DNA of 64,000 nucleotides from Candidatus Velthaea sp. (GTDB lineage: Bacteria > Vulcanimicrobiota > Vulcanimicrobiia > Vulcanimicrobiales > Vulcanimicrobiaceae): the NCBI GenBank assembly GCA_050012475.1, contig JBEKHC010000013.1, positions 1-64,000 on the forward strand. The letters are read 5' to 3'. A program made the position numbers and the translations under genes. Under the pieces are notes generated by a model that was not told the origin of the DNA, searched no databases, and saw nothing but the letters and a program-made list of their open reading frames with translations. This document shows, one piece after another, positions 39,708 to 50,574 of the stretch (the stretch's first letter is position 1; the number at the start of each line of letters is the position of its first letter).

Positions 39708-41783
39708 TCATTCGCTGATGCCGACTTGACTTAGGATGAAGGCGAACGAAAAGGCGCGTTCCTTGAACGCATCGTAACGGCCCGACGACCCGCCGTGCCC
39801 GGCCGCCATGTTGGCTTTGAGCAGCACCGGATTGCCGCTCGTCGTGAACGAGCGAAGCTTCGCGGCAAACTTCGCTCCCTCCCAATACGGAACTTGGCTG
39901 TCGTAGAACGAGACTTCCAGCAGCACCGTCGGGTAGGCTTGCGCGCGGATATTGTCGAGCGGCGAGTACGTCCGGATGTAGTCGTACGCCGCCTTCTCGC
40001 CGGGATTGCCCCATTCGCGATATTCGCTCGTCGTCAGCGGGAGCGACGCGTCGAGCATCGTGGTGAGCACGTCGACGAACGGAACCTGCGCGACCGCTGC
40101 GCGGAACAGATCCGGCCGGGCGTTGATGGCCGCGCCCACCAACAAGCCGCCCGCGCTGCCGCCTTGGATCACGACGCGTCCCGGGGCCGCATAGCCGCGT
40201 TCGATGAGTCCGGTCGCACAATCGACGAAATCGCCAAACGTCGTCTGCTTGTTAAAGAGATTTCCGGCCAAGCGCCAGGCTTCGCCGTATTCGCCGCCGC
40301 CGCGAATATGCGCGATGGCAAAAATCATTCCCCGGTCCAGCAGCGCCAGTCGCGGAGCCGAAAACAGCGGCTCGATGCAAACGCCGTACGAACCGTAGCC
40401 GTAGAGCAGCACCGGCGCCGTTCCGTCCCGCGCAACGTCTCGCCGGTGGACGAGCGAAACCGGAATGCGCGTGCCGTCGGAAGCTGCAACGAAAATGCGT
40501 TCGGCGGTATAGCCGGCCCGTTCGTAACCGGGAACCTCGAGGCGTTTGACCAGCGTGCGCGTCCCCGAGGCGATGTCGAGATCGTACACGGACAGCGGCG
40601 TGACGAGCGACTCGAACGTGTAGCGCAGGCGCGGCGTTTCGAACTCGTAGTTCGGTCCGATCCCCACCACGTAGTCGGGCTCATCGAACGCCAGCGCCTC
40701 GAGCGCGGTCGCGTTCGCGCGCAAAAGCTCGATCGACGCAAGCCCGTCGCGCCGCCCCGTGATCGCGACGAAATCGCGGAACGCCTCGACGCCGGTGATC
40801 GTCACGCCCGGGCGCTGCGCGATCAGTTCGTTCCAATGTTCGCGCCCCGGCCGAGCGACCGGAGTCGTGAAGACGCGAAAATCCGGCGCACCTTCGTTCG
40901 TCCGAACGTAGAAGTCGCCTGCGCGATGCTCGAGGTAATAGCGCACGCCGTCCTGGCGCGCGGCAAAGAGCTGCGGCGATGATTGGGGCGCGGCAGCGGA
41001 CAGGGAGCGGACTTCGGTGGTGTCCTTGGCCTGCGACCGGATGAAGATGAATGTGCCGTCACGCGAGCGGTCGACGGCGACGTCGTACAGCTCGTCGGCC
41101 TCGAAGTATACGCGTTCGGCATTCGCAGCACGACACTCGCGGCACCACACCGTGTTCGAGCGTTTCGTTACGGCGTCTTCCGTGACGTACACCAGCGTGC
41201 GATTGTCCAGCGCCCACGCGACATCGTCCACGCGTTCGATCGGCTCGCCGACCGTCGTCCCCGAAGCGAGCTCTTTGACGTGCAGCGTATAGCGTCGGTA
41301 CCCGGTATCGTCGATCGAATAAGCCAGCAGCTGGCCGTCGTCGCTGACCTCGAATGCTCCCAGCCCCAGGAACGCTTTGCCCGCGGCAAGCTCGTTGAGA
41401 TCCAGCAAAACCTCCTCGCGCTGGGCAAGACCGTCGCGGCGCCGGCAAAAGATCGCGTACTGCTGCCCTTCGAGCATGCGCGTATAGTAAAAATAGCCGT
41501 GCCGGCGATAGGGCGCGCTCATGTCGGTTTGCTTGGTATGCGCAAGCATCTCGGCGTAGAGCGCTGCGCGCAGCGGCTCCAATCCGGCGGTGATCTCGCG
41601 GGTATACGCATTTTCGGCTTCGAGATGCGCGACGACGTGGGGATCGGACGCGTCGCGCAGCCAAAAAAACTCGTCGATACGCGTATCGCCGTGCAGGGCA
41701 AGCTCTCGCGGAAGGCGTTTGGCCGCCGGCGGAGCGATGCTGGGGTGCGCCGTGCCCCCATCGACGTCAGCGGAGTTCGTCAC
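39708..41783 (-). CDS. ptrB: Oligopeptidase B (S9A)
   Basis: YGYGSYG, IRGGGEYG, GGSAGG, VPFVDV, AGHGG. Confidence 0.95.
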   Translation of the reverse strand: MTNSADVDGGTAHPSIAPPAAKRLPRELALHGDTRIDEFFWLRDASDPHVVAHLEAENAYTREITAGLEPLRAALYAEMLAHTKQTDMSAPYRRHGYFYYTRMLEGQQYAIFCRRRDGLAQREEVLLDLNELAAGKAFLGLGAFEVSDDGQLLAYSIDDTGYRRYTLHVKELASGTTVGEPIERVDDVAWALDNRTLVYVTEDAVTKRSNTVWCRECRAANAERVYFEADELYDVAVDRSRDGTFIFIRSQAKDTTEVRSLSAAAPQSSPQLFAARQDGVRYYLEHRAGDFYVRTNEGAPDFRVFTTPVARPGREHWNELIAQRPGVTITGVEAFRDFVAITGRRDGLASIELLRANATALEALAFDEPDYVVGIGPNYEFETPRLRYTFESLVTPLSVYDLDIASGTRTLVKRLEVPGYERAGYTAERIFVAASDGTRIPVSLVHRRDVARDGTAPVLLYGYGSYGVCIEPLFSAPRLALLDRGMIFAIAHIRGGGEYGEAWRLAGNLFNKQTTFGDFVDCATGLIERGYAAPGRVVIQGGSAGGLLVGAAINARPDLFRAAVAQVPFVDVLTTMLDASLPLTTSEYREWGNPGEKAAYDYIRTYSPLDNIRAQAYPTVLLEVSFYDSQVPYWEGAKFAAKLRSFTTSGNPVLLKANMAAGHGGSSGRYDAFKERAFSFAFILSQVGISE

Positions 41784-41829
41784 GCGCACGTCTCCCGCGT
41801 GAGCATGCCCGTCCCCTCTCAAGCGGCGG

Positions 41830-42618
41830 TCAAGACATGATGAGTCCGCCGTCGACGTTGATGGTCTGTCCCGTAATGTACGCCGCGTCGTCGGAAGCCA
41901 GGAACGCGACGAGCCCGGCGACGTCGGCCGTCGTTCCGGCGCGCTTCATCGGGATGCCGCGGACCCATTCGGCCATGAGTTCGCCCGGCGCATAGGTGCC
42001 CAGCAGCTTGCCCCACGCCGAATCGTTGTACGCCCACATATCGGTATCGATGATCCCGGGGCAGAACGCGTTGACGGTAATGCCCGCCGAGGCGAGTTCT
42101 TTGGCCAAGCTTTGCGTGATCCCGACCACGCCGAACTTGCTGGCCGCATAGTGCGGCGTATAGATGAACCCTTGACGCGCTTGCCCCGACGCGGTGTTGA
42201 TGAGCCGGCCCGACCCTTGGGCGACCATATATTTGGCCGCCGCCTGGCAACACAGAAAGACGCCTTTGGTGTTCACGTCCATCACGAAATCCCACTCGCG
42301 CTCGGTCAACTCCGGCAGCGGTTTGATCGTGATGACGCCGGCGTTTTGAATCGACACGTCGATCCGGCCGTGCTCGCGCGCAACCGTCGCGTAGAGCTGC
42401 GTGACCTGCGCGCTGTCGGTGACGTCCACGATGTGCGCGCTCACCGCGCCGCCGAACTCGCGCAGCGAGTCGGCGACTTGGTGAACGAGGTCTTCGTTCG
42501 AGGCCACGGCGACGGCGGCACCTTCGGAGGCGAAGCGCTTTGCGATACCGGCGCCGATGCCCCGGCTGGCTCCCGTGACGACCACGACTTGGCCGGCAAA
42601 TCGACTCGAACCGTGCAC
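41830..42618 (-). CDS. SDR oxidoreductase (polyol/diol dehydrogenase-like)
   Basis: TGASRGIG, NAG, YAASK. Confidence 0.93.
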   Translation of the reverse strand: MHGSSRFAGQVVVVTGASRGIGAGIAKRFASEGAAVAVASNEDLVHQVADSLREFGGAVSAHIVDVTDSAQVTQLYATVAREHGRIDVSIQNAGVITIKPLPELTEREWDFVMDVNTKGVFLCCQAAAKYMVAQGSGRLINTASGQARQGFIYTPHYAASKFGVVGITQSLAKELASAGITVNAFCPGIIDTDMWAYNDSAWGKLLGTYAPGELMAEWVRGIPMKRAGTTADVAGLVAFLASDDAAYITGQTINVDGGLIMS

Positions 42619-42619
42619 G

Positions 42620-43612
42620 TTATTTCCTTGCCTTTCCCGCTTTGGGCGGTTGGTGACCGTTCGTCGAGACCAGCTTTTCGGCCGTGAAACGATCGGTAAT
42701 GAGAACGTCGACGAATGCACCGCGCAGCGCTCCCAGCAGGGCGTCGACTTTGCGCCCGCCGCCGGCAACCCCGACGACGCGCCGGACCGCGCGCAACTGC
42801 CCGAGCGTGATCCCGATGACGCGTTCCTCGAGCGACGAATGGATCTCGCGTCCGTTCTTGTCAAAGAAGTTCAAGCAGATATCGCCCACCGCGCCGAGCT
42901 TGACGAGTTCGTTGAGCTCGGCCCGGGTGAAGACGTTGCCGCTGTCGGCAAGCAGCTTCGAGGGTTCGACCGCCCCGATGCCGACGAGCGCGATCGTCAT
43001 GCGCGAGAACTCTTTGACGGTGCTGCGCACGAACGGATCGCTCAAGAGCACCTCCTTCGCGCGCGCCGAACTCGCCACACCCTGCGTCGACAACAGGAGC
43101 GGCGTTGCGCGGGTCAGTTTGGCCAGCCGAACCGTGAGGTTCGTCGCATGCGCCTGCACGCTGGGATTGCCCATCCCGCCCAGAATCTGGACGACTTCGT
43201 TCGCCCCCGGCGGCTTGACGGGATGGATGTTGTCGACCATGCGCAGCAGCGATTCGCTCCACGACGAGATCCCGATGATCTCACCGCTTTCCAGCGTCGT
43301 CTCGAGGTAGTGCGCAGCAGCCTCGCCGATGCGAGTGAGAATCTCTTCTTCCCGATCTTCGCTGCATTCGGCGACAACGGCCTCGGAAATCGGGAACGTC
43401 TCGCGCAGCCGCTCCTCGAGTTCCGGATACGTTCCGCCCGGAACGTTGACGGTGATGCGCACGACGTCTTCTTCCCGCGCTTTGCGCAGTAAGCGCGAGA
43501 TCGTCGTTTGCGAGATGTGCAGCCGCTGGGCAATGTCCGCCTGCTTCATGCCGTCGGTGTAGTACATGCGGGCGATGCGGGCGGTCAGCCGGAGCTCGTG
43601 AATGCGTGCCAT
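42620..43612 (-). CDS. SorC/LsrR family sugar-binding regulator
   Basis: ARMYYTDGMKQADIA HTH; GAVGDIC, VAGG..K, LITD. Confidence 0.93.
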   Translation of the reverse strand: MARIHELRLTARIARMYYTDGMKQADIAQRLHISQTTISRLLRKAREEDVVRITVNVPGGTYPELEERLRETFPISEAVVAECSEDREEEILTRIGEAAAHYLETTLESGEIIGISSWSESLLRMVDNIHPVKPPGANEVVQILGGMGNPSVQAHATNLTVRLAKLTRATPLLLSTQGVASSARAKEVLLSDPFVRSTVKEFSRMTIALVGIGAVEPSKLLADSGNVFTRAELNELVKLGAVGDICLNFFDKNGREIHSSLEERVIGITLGQLRAVRRVVGVAGGGRKVDALLGALRGAFVDVLITDRFTAEKLVSTNGHQPPKAGKARK

Positions 43613-43635
43613 AATCGTGTGGAACGGTTAGTGGT

Positions 43636-44409
43636 CTACCAGCAGACGAATCCCCCGTCCACGAGCAGATCGATTCCGGTGCAGAACGACGCTGCGGCGC
43701 TGGTGAGGAACACCGCCGGCCCGACGAGTTCGTCGACGCCGGCCATGCGGCCCAGCGGCGTGTCGGCCTCGAATTGTTTGGCTTGTTCGGCGACTTCGGG
43801 GCGCGTGTTCATCGGCGTCGCGGTATACCCCGGACTGATCGAATTCACCCGGATTCCGCGCTCGCACCACTCCATGGCCAAACTCTTGCTCAAATGAATG
43901 ACCGCGGCTTTGGAACTGTTGTAGTGCGCTTGCAGCAAACCCCGGTTCACGATCGACCCCGACATCGACGCGATATTGACGATCGCGCCTTTTTTGCGCG
44001 GCAGCATCACTGCCGCTTCGGCCTGACACGACAGGAAGATTCCGGTGAGGTTGACGTCGAGCATGCGCTGCCACTGCGTTTGAGGCATCGTTTCGGCGGG
44101 TGCGGCGTTGGCGATGCCGGCGCAATTGACGGCCACCGTAAGCGCTCCCAGCGTCGACTCGACGGCGGCGATTGCCGCGGCTAAATCCGTGGCGCTGGTG
44201 ACGTCGCCGGGAACCGAGAGCGCGCGCGCACCGGCCGCCTCGACGCGGCGCAGGGTGTCGGCGACCCCCGAACTGCCGGGAATGTCGAAGCACGCCACGC
44301 CGGCGGCTCCGGCTTCAGCCAGACCGACGGCCAGCCGCTGCCCGATGCCGCTGCCGGCACCCGTGACGAGCGCGGTTTGCCCGTCGAGACGAAAAAGATC
44401 ACTGCTCAT
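43636..44409 (-). CDS. SDR polyol dehydrogenase
   Basis: TGAGSGIG, SMSGSIVN, YNSSK. Confidence 0.92.
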   Translation of the reverse strand: MSSDLFRLDGQTALVTGAGSGIGQRLAVGLAEAGAAGVACFDIPGSSGVADTLRRVEAAGARALSVPGDVTSATDLAAAIAAVESTLGALTVAVNCAGIANAAPAETMPQTQWQRMLDVNLTGIFLSCQAEAAVMLPRKKGAIVNIASMSGSIVNRGLLQAHYNSSKAAVIHLSKSLAMEWCERGIRVNSISPGYTATPMNTRPEVAEQAKQFEADTPLGRMAGVDELVGPAVFLTSAAASFCTGIDLLVDGGFVCW

Positions 44410-45914
44410 GCGGTAGCAAGCTCCATGACGGCGACGTTGGTCGCCGCGGCGGCGTCGAGAATCCCCATCTGCCGGCCGCGGCTGAGCACCATCACCCGAT
44501 GCGAAAGTCCGAGCACTTCTTCGAGATCCGAACTCACCACGATGACGGCCATGCCGGCGTGCGCGAGTCCCGCGATCACTTCATAAATGGCCGCGCGGGC
44601 GCCGACATCGATGCCGCGCGTCGGCTCGTCGAGGATAAAGACTTTGGGCGAGCGCGAAACCCAGCGCGCAATCACGACCTTCTGTTGATTTCCGCCCGAC
44701 AGAAAACGCAGTAATTGCGGCGGCGACCCCTTGACCCCCAAACGTTCGATGGCTTTTTGCGCGAACGCGCGGACGTTGCTGGGCCGCACCCAGCCATGCG
44801 GCGCGACCCGATCCAGATTGCCCAGCGCGATATTTGCCGCGACGCTTTGGTCGAGCAAAATGCCTTGCGCTTTGCGATCTTCGGGAACGAGCACGAGTCC
44901 CGCGTCGATCGCGTCGCTGGGCCCGGTGAGCTTGAGCGGTTTGCCCTCGACGATCACGGCTCCGCTGCGCAGCGGGTCGGCGCCGGCAATCGCCCGCACC
45001 AGCTCGGTGCGTCCGGCTCCGACGATGCCCGCAATACCGAATATTTCGCCCGAGCGCACGGCGAAACTGATGTCTTTGAATGCGCCGGCGCTCGAGGTGA
45101 GGTCCTTGACCTCGAGCACGACGTTCATGCCCGGTTCGCTGGGCTGGGGAAAGATCCGATCGACGCTGCGGCCGACCATCTCTTCGACGAGGACGTTGAC
45201 TGCCAGCTGCGCCGAGTCGTGCTGCGCGACGAGCCTGCCGTCGCGCAGCACCAGCACGCGGTCGGCGATCCGCGCGATCTCGTCGAGCCGATGGCTGATG
45301 TAGATGAACGACACGCCTTCACGCCGCAGCTGGTCGACTTGTGCGAAGAGACGTTCGGTTTCGTCACCGCCGAGCGCGGCGGTCGGTTCATCGAGAATCA
45401 GCAGCTGCGCACGGAGCGTCAGTGCTTTGGCGATCTCGACTTGCTGCTGCGCGGCGACGCGCAGCGTGCGCACCAGACGCGTCGGCGGAACGTCGAGGCC
45501 CAGCCGTTTGAGCTGCTCGCCGGCGCGGCGATTCATCTCCGCGCGGTCGACCTTGCCCGCTTTCATCGGCAGCCGCCCGACGAACACATTTTCTGCGATC
45601 GACAGATCGGGCAGCAGCCGCATCTCTTGGTGGATGAGGCCGATGCCCGCCGCAATCGCTTCGCCCGGCGACGCCGGAGCGTACGGCGCGGAGTGCCAGG
45701 TCATGGTGCCGTTCGTCGGCGGATAGAGCCCGGCGATGATCGAGGACAGGGTGGATTTTCCGGCACCGTTCTCGCCCAAGAGGGCGACCACTTCACCCGG
45801 CCGGACGTCGAGATCGATGCCGTCGATCACGCGAATGTTAGCGAACTGCTTGCCGATTCCGCGCAGGGAAAGCCCCGGATTCGGAGGCCCTCCCGGCGTG
45901 AATGCGGCATTCAT
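44406..45914 (-). CDS. Sugar ABC transporter ATP-binding protein (CUT2)
   Basis: GENGAGKST, LDEPT twice, LSGGNQQK. Confidence 0.95.
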   Translation of the reverse strand: MNAAFTPGGPPNPGLSLRGIGKQFANIRVIDGIDLDVRPGEVVALLGENGAGKSTLSSIIAGLYPPTNGTMTWHSAPYAPASPGEAIAAGIGLIHQEMRLLPDLSIAENVFVGRLPMKAGKVDRAEMNRRAGEQLKRLGLDVPPTRLVRTLRVAAQQQVEIAKALTLRAQLLILDEPTAALGGDETERLFAQVDQLRREGVSFIYISHRLDEIARIADRVLVLRDGRLVAQHDSAQLAVNVLVEEMVGRSVDRIFPQPSEPGMNVVLEVKDLTSSAGAFKDISFAVRSGEIFGIAGIVGAGRTELVRAIAGADPLRSGAVIVEGKPLKLTGPSDAIDAGLVLVPEDRKAQGILLDQSVAANIALGNLDRVAPHGWVRPSNVRAFAQKAIERLGVKGSPPQLLRFLSGGNQQKVVIARWVSRSPKVFILDEPTRGIDVGARAAIYEVIAGLAHAGMAVIVVSSDLEEVLGLSHRVMVLSRGRQMGILDAAAATNVAVMELATA

Positions 45915-45999
45915 CGATGCAGGCACGACGATCACCTTATTCCAGGAGCGTGTCGGGTTTTGCCCGACACGCGACGACGGGATGGGTGCCCTCGGGCGA

Positions 46000-46087
46000 T
46001 GGATTCGTCGAGCGAAGCCGAGGCGAATCCACTGAATTGCTTCGCACGATCGAATCGGATTCCGTCGAGCGAAGCCGAGATACATCC
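46000..46087. repeat. REP-like paired hairpins
   Basis: Two copies of GGATTC(C)GTCGAGCGAAGCCGAG..ATCC just downstream of the SBP stop. Confidence 0.65.
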
Positions 46088-46089
46088 AT

Positions 46090-47028
46090 CTATGGATGCT
46101 TGGCGATGTATTGGTCGACGTTGTCTTTGGTCGTGAGCATCGCTTTTTGCAATTGCATGGCCGGGACGCTCTGATGCGCGACGAGCTTGAGCGCGGAGTC
46201 GAGCGCGAGGCGGCCCATGAACTGCGTCTGCTGAGTCATCGTCGCGTCAACCGATCCGGCCTTGACGGCTTTGAGGCCGGCGACGTCGCCGTCAAAACCG
46301 ACGATGAGGACTTTGTGGTCGAGGTTGGCGACCTTCACGGCTTGCGCCGCGCCCAGCGCCATCGCGTCAGCGTGACCGAAGAACACGGTGATAGCCGAGT
46401 CGCGCTGCAGCATGTCCTGCGCGACCGCAAAACCCTTGTCTTGCGACCATTCCGCGGGCTGTTTGGCGACGATCGTGACGCCCGGCGCCTTGTCGAGCGC
46501 TTCTTGGAAACCCTTGGTACGATCGACTTCCGGCGTCGTGCCGAGCTGGCCTTCGAGTGCGCCGATACGCGCTTTGCCGTTGGTGACTTTGATGACGTAT
46601 TCGCCGAGGGTCCGCGCCGCCGCCACGCTGTCGCTGGCGATGAAGGTGTCGCCGGGCGCGTCGGGCGCGTTGCGGTCGACGGCGATCACCGGGATGTGCG
46701 CGGCTTTCGCGGCGCGGACCGGTACGCCGGCGGCCGTCGCGCCGGCCGGAATGTAGATCAGTGCCGAGATGCCGCGCGTGATCAGATCTTGAATTTGACT
46801 GACCTGCGTTGCGGCATCGCCCTTCGCATCGACCGTGACGACGTCGACGCCCTTGGCCGCGCCTTCGGCTTCCACCGACTGCTTGATCTCGTTGAAGAAA
46901 TCGGCCTGAAGGTTCGCCACGGCGAGGCCGATGACGGGCTTCTTGTCGTCCGCGAACGCACCCGGGGCCGCCGACGAGACCATGGTCAATGCAAGCGCCG
47001 TGGCAGCCAGGCTCCTGGATAATGACAT
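46090..47028 (-). CDS. Sugar/polyol ABC substrate-binding protein
   Basis: Signal peptide; RbsB-like NLQADFF, VDR, GFDG. Confidence 0.93.
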   Translation of the reverse strand: MSLSRSLAATALALTMVSSAAPGAFADDKKPVIGLAVANLQADFFNEIKQSVEAEGAAKGVDVVTVDAKGDAATQVSQIQDLITRGISALIYIPAGATAAGVPVRAAKAAHIPVIAVDRNAPDAPGDTFIASDSVAAARTLGEYVIKVTNGKARIGALEGQLGTTPEVDRTKGFQEALDKAPGVTIVAKQPAEWSQDKGFAVAQDMLQRDSAITVFFGHADAMALGAAQAVKVANLDHKVLIVGFDGDVAGLKAVKAGSVDATMTQQTQFMGRLALDSALKLVAHQSVPAMQLQKAMLTTKDNVDQYIAKHP

Positions 47029-47125
47029 TCGAACTCCCTCATTGTTAGCAGCGGATTCGACGGCGTCGAACCCGTCGCGGGCGGCTCGAACGAGCCGCCC
47101 GCAGTTGAGTTACGTGGTAACGGTT

Positions 47126-48115
47126 TTAGGTGCGGCGGCGCAGGCTGTCGAACGCGACCGCGATCGCAATGACGGCGCCGACGATGATCTGTTGAATGAA
47201 CGGTGACACGCCCACCAGGTTGAGCCCGTTGTGCAGCACGCCGATGATGAGCACGCCGACGATCGTGCCGCCGATGCCGCCGATGCCGCCGCTCAAACTC
47301 GCGCCGCCGATCACGACCGCCGCGATCGCGTCGAGTTCGTAACCGAGTCCGGCGCTGGGCTGCGAGGAATCGAGCCGCGCCGCAAAGACCACGCCGGCGA
47401 CGCCCGACAAGATGCCGGCGACGACGTACACCCCCGTCGTCAGTCCGTCGACGTGGATGCCGGCCAACCGCGCAACTTCGCGGCTGCCGCCGATCGCATA
47501 CAGGTTGCGCCCTACCGCACGATACTGCAGGATCAACCAACTCACGATCAAGAGCAGGATGAACAGCGCGACGGTCGCCGACAAAAAGCCGAAGTGACGT
47601 TCGGTCGAAAGCGCGGTGAACCAATCCGGATAGCCGACGATCTGTTCGCCGTTGGTGATGATGTTGGCCAAGCCGCGCGCGATCGTCATCATCGCAAGCG
47701 TCGCGATGAACGGCGGTAATTTGGCTTTGGTGACGAGCAGCCCGTTGCCCAAACCGCACGCCGCCCCGACGACCACCGCCAAAACGATGGCGAGCGGAAA
47801 GGCCAGCCCTTTGTCGTTCGAAAGCCAGCCCATCACCATCATCGAAAGCGCCAGCGTCGAGCCGACCGAAAGATCGATGCCGCCGATGACGATCACCGCG
47901 GTCATGCCGATCGCCATGATGCCCAGCACGGTAACTTGATCGATGACGTTGAGCGCGTTGCGCAGCGACAAAAAATACGGGCTGAGCACGGCGAACACGA
48001 CGCACAACAGCACGAGGCCGATGAGCGGGCCTTGCGCGCCGCCGATCAATGCGATCCACGAACGGCGCGGGCGGTCGGGCGAAGATTCTACCGCTGCGGG
48101 TATGCTAGAAGCCAT
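47126..48115 (-). CDS. Sugar ABC permease
   Basis: GIDLSVG, PPFIATL, YELDAIAAVVIGG. Confidence 0.94.
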   Translation of the reverse strand: MASSIPAAVESSPDRPRRSWIALIGGAQGPLIGLVLLCVVFAVLSPYFLSLRNALNVIDQVTVLGIMAIGMTAVIVIGGIDLSVGSTLALSMMVMGWLSNDKGLAFPLAIVLAVVVGAACGLGNGLLVTKAKLPPFIATLAMMTIARGLANIITNGEQIVGYPDWFTALSTERHFGFLSATVALFILLLIVSWLILQYRAVGRNLYAIGGSREVARLAGIHVDGLTTGVYVVAGILSGVAGVVFAARLDSSQPSAGLGYELDAIAAVVIGGASLSGGIGGIGGTIVGVLIIGVLHNGLNLVGVSPFIQQIIVGAVIAIAVAFDSLRRRT

Positions 48116-48133
48116 TGGCGACTCCCCAGTCGT

Positions 48134-49630
48134 CTAGTTGAGAACCGTCGCCGGCGGCCGCGCGACGGAAGGGCGAAAACGAGCGCGCGCGACGGCGGCG
48201 CTCCAAACGCGGCGGCCGCCGGCCCGCGCTGCGGCGTCGCCGGACGGCTCGAACGTATCGCGACGGCGGGGCAACGCATCCAACGCCTGGGCCGACCACA
48301 GCCCGGCACCGGCGCCGGCGAGATGTCCGGCGCCCAGCGCCGACAACTCCGGATCGCCCGCGCGCAGCACGGGCCGGCCGGCGACGTCGGCTTGCAGCTG
48401 CATCAAGGCATCACTGCGCGTCGGGCCGCCGTCGGCCAAGAGTTCTTTGGGTTCGGCGACTTCGACGCCGAACGCGTCGACGACGTCGGCGATCTGATGC
48501 ACCACCGCTTCGAGTGCGGCGCGCGCGAGTTCGGCGCGGCCGGCCTTCTGCGTGAGGCCGGTGATGAGCCCGGCCGCGTCGAGATCCCACCACGGCGCGC
48601 CCAGCCCGCTGAAGCTCGGCACGAACGCCACGCCTTCGCTGTGCGCCGTCGAACCCAGTTCGACCAGTTGCTGCGGCGTGAGCGCGAGCAAATCGGCCAG
48701 CCACCGCAGCGCAGCGCCGGTCGAACGGATGTTGCCCTCCGCGGCAAAGGCGACGTCGCGCGTCTGCCAGGCCACCGTCAAGCACAGCCCGGGGCCCACC
48801 GTTTTGGGCGCGGGCAGCAAGCCCATTACCGATGAGCCCGTGCCGTACGTGACTTTGAGCGAACCGGCCCCGACGCCGTGCGCGAACAGCGCCGCGTGGG
48901 AATCGGCCAAGACGCCGAACACCCGCGCGCCCGCGGGCAGCGGCAGGGCATCGAGCACGGCGGGGAACGGCCCGCTCGACGGAACGATCTCCGGCAGCGC
49001 CGCGCGCGGAATATCGAAGAGGGCCAAGAGTTCGTCGTCCCACGCGACGCGCGCCGTGTCGAGCAGCTGCGTGCGGGACGCGTTCCCGGCCTCGATGAGA
49101 TGCGCTCCGGTGAGCCGGTACAGCAGCCACGAATCGACGGTGCCGAAACACAACTCGCCGCCGCGCGCTTTGCTGCGCTGCGGATCGACCGCATCGAGCA
49201 GCCAATGCATCTTCGCTGCCGAGAACATCGGGTCGAGCGGCAAACCGCTGCGCTCGCGTACGATTTTTTCAATGTGCGGCGTGCGCAGCGCGTCGCAATA
49301 GGCGGCGGTGCGCTGATCCTGCCAACTGATGAGCGGTGCGAGCGGCCGGCCCGAACGCCGATCCCAAACGGCCACCGATTCGCGCTGCGTGCTCAAGCCG
49401 ATGCCGGCAATGGCGGCCGGATCCACGCCGGCCAGACATTCCTGCGCGGCAACGAGCACGCTGTCCCAAAGCGCATCGGCATCCTGCTCGACCCACCCCG
49501 GCCGCGGATGCGTCTCGCCCAGCGGCGCCGATGCGCGCGCGACGATTGCGCCGCCGACATCGATGAGGACGCATTTCGTGGCGCTCGTGCCCTGGTCGAT
49601 CGCGAAGACCAGCGGTGCGGGCGCGCTCAC
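48134..49630 (-). CDS. FGGY carbohydrate kinase (apulose kinase-like)
   Basis: AIDQGTSATK, TQRES, WQDQRT, NASRT, DSHAAL, DGG. Confidence 0.88.
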   Translation of the reverse strand: MSAPAPLVFAIDQGTSATKCVLIDVGGAIVARASAPLGETHPRPGWVEQDADALWDSVLVAAQECLAGVDPAAIAGIGLSTQRESVAVWDRRSGRPLAPLISWQDQRTAAYCDALRTPHIEKIVRERSGLPLDPMFSAAKMHWLLDAVDPQRSKARGGELCFGTVDSWLLYRLTGAHLIEAGNASRTQLLDTARVAWDDELLALFDIPRAALPEIVPSSGPFPAVLDALPLPAGARVFGVLADSHAALFAHGVGAGSLKVTYGTGSSVMGLLPAPKTVGPGLCLTVAWQTRDVAFAAEGNIRSTGAALRWLADLLALTPQQLVELGSTAHSEGVAFVPSFSGLGAPWWDLDAAGLITGLTQKAGRAELARAALEAVVHQIADVVDAFGVEVAEPKELLADGGPTRSDALMQLQADVAGRPVLRAGDPELSALGAGHLAGAGAGLWSAQALDALPRRRDTFEPSGDAAARAGGRRVWSAAVARARFRPSVARPPATVLN

Positions 49631-50574
49631 GCGAGCAGCTCGCGCGCCGCCCGGACGATGCCGTCGGCAGTCAAGCCGAAATGCTCGTACAAGAACTCCG
49701 TTTTGCCGGTCGGCGCGAAGCCGGAGACGCCGAGGATGCGCATCGGCACCGGGCGCGTGCGGACGACGGTTGCGGCGACGGCGGCACCGAGCCCGCCGGT
49801 CGTGCGCGCTTCTTCGACCGTCACGATGCGTCCGGTGTCGGCGGCGGCGCGCACGACGGCGTCTTCGTCGAGCGGTTCGATCGTCGTCATGTTGAGGACG
49901 CGCGCCGACACCCCAGCCGCCGAGAGCTGCTCCGCGGCCTCGAGCGCGCGCGAAACCATCACGCCCGTCGCGACCAGCGTGACGTCGGTTCCCTCGCGCA
50001 ATTGCAGCGCTTTGCCCAACTCGAACGGCGCGCCGGCCGGCGTGACGGCCGGAACTTTGACCCGTCCGATGCGCAGATAGCTGGGCTTGTCGGTTTGCAC
50101 CGCCCAGCGCATGACGTCGCGCGTCTGCTGCGGATCGGCAGGCGCCACGATGATCAGGTCGGCGATCGCGCGCATCCACGAGAAGTCTTCGATCGAGTGA
50201 TGCGTCGGGCCGAGCTCGCCGTAGGCCATCCCCGGACTCATCCCGCACAGCACCACGTGATAGCCGTTATAGGCGACGTCGCTCTTGATTTGTTCGAGCG
50301 CGCGGCCGGTCAGAAACGGCGCGGCGGCGCAGACGAACGGGATGTACCCGCCGTTGGCGAGACCGGCGGCGACCCCGACCATATTTTGTTCGGCGATGCC
50401 GACATTGATCAGGCGCTCGGGAAACTCGGCGGCGAACGCCGTTAAATTACTCGAGCCAACCGAATCGTTGCAGACCGCGACGATCCGTTCGTCCTCGCGC
50501 GCCAGCGCGCTCAGTTCAGCGACGAAGGCTTGGCGGCAGTCGAACGTTTCCACCGCAACGGAGAGTTTGCTCAT
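49627..50574 (-). CDS. Transketolase C-terminal subunit (AptB-like)
   Basis: NDSVGSS, GIAEQN, GPTHHSIED. Confidence 0.92.
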   Translation of the reverse strand: MSKLSVAVETFDCRQAFVAELSALAREDERIVAVCNDSVGSSNLTAFAAEFPERLINVGIAEQNMVGVAAGLANGGYIPFVCAAAPFLTGRALEQIKSDVAYNGYHVVLCGMSPGMAYGELGPTHHSIEDFSWMRAIADLIIVAPADPQQTRDVMRWAVQTDKPSYLRIGRVKVPAVTPAGAPFELGKALQLREGTDVTLVATGVMVSRALEAAEQLSAAGVSARVLNMTTIEPLDEDAVVRAAADTGRIVTVEEARTTGGLGAAVAATVVRTRPVPMRILGVSGFAPTGKTEFLYEHFGLTADGIVRAARELLA

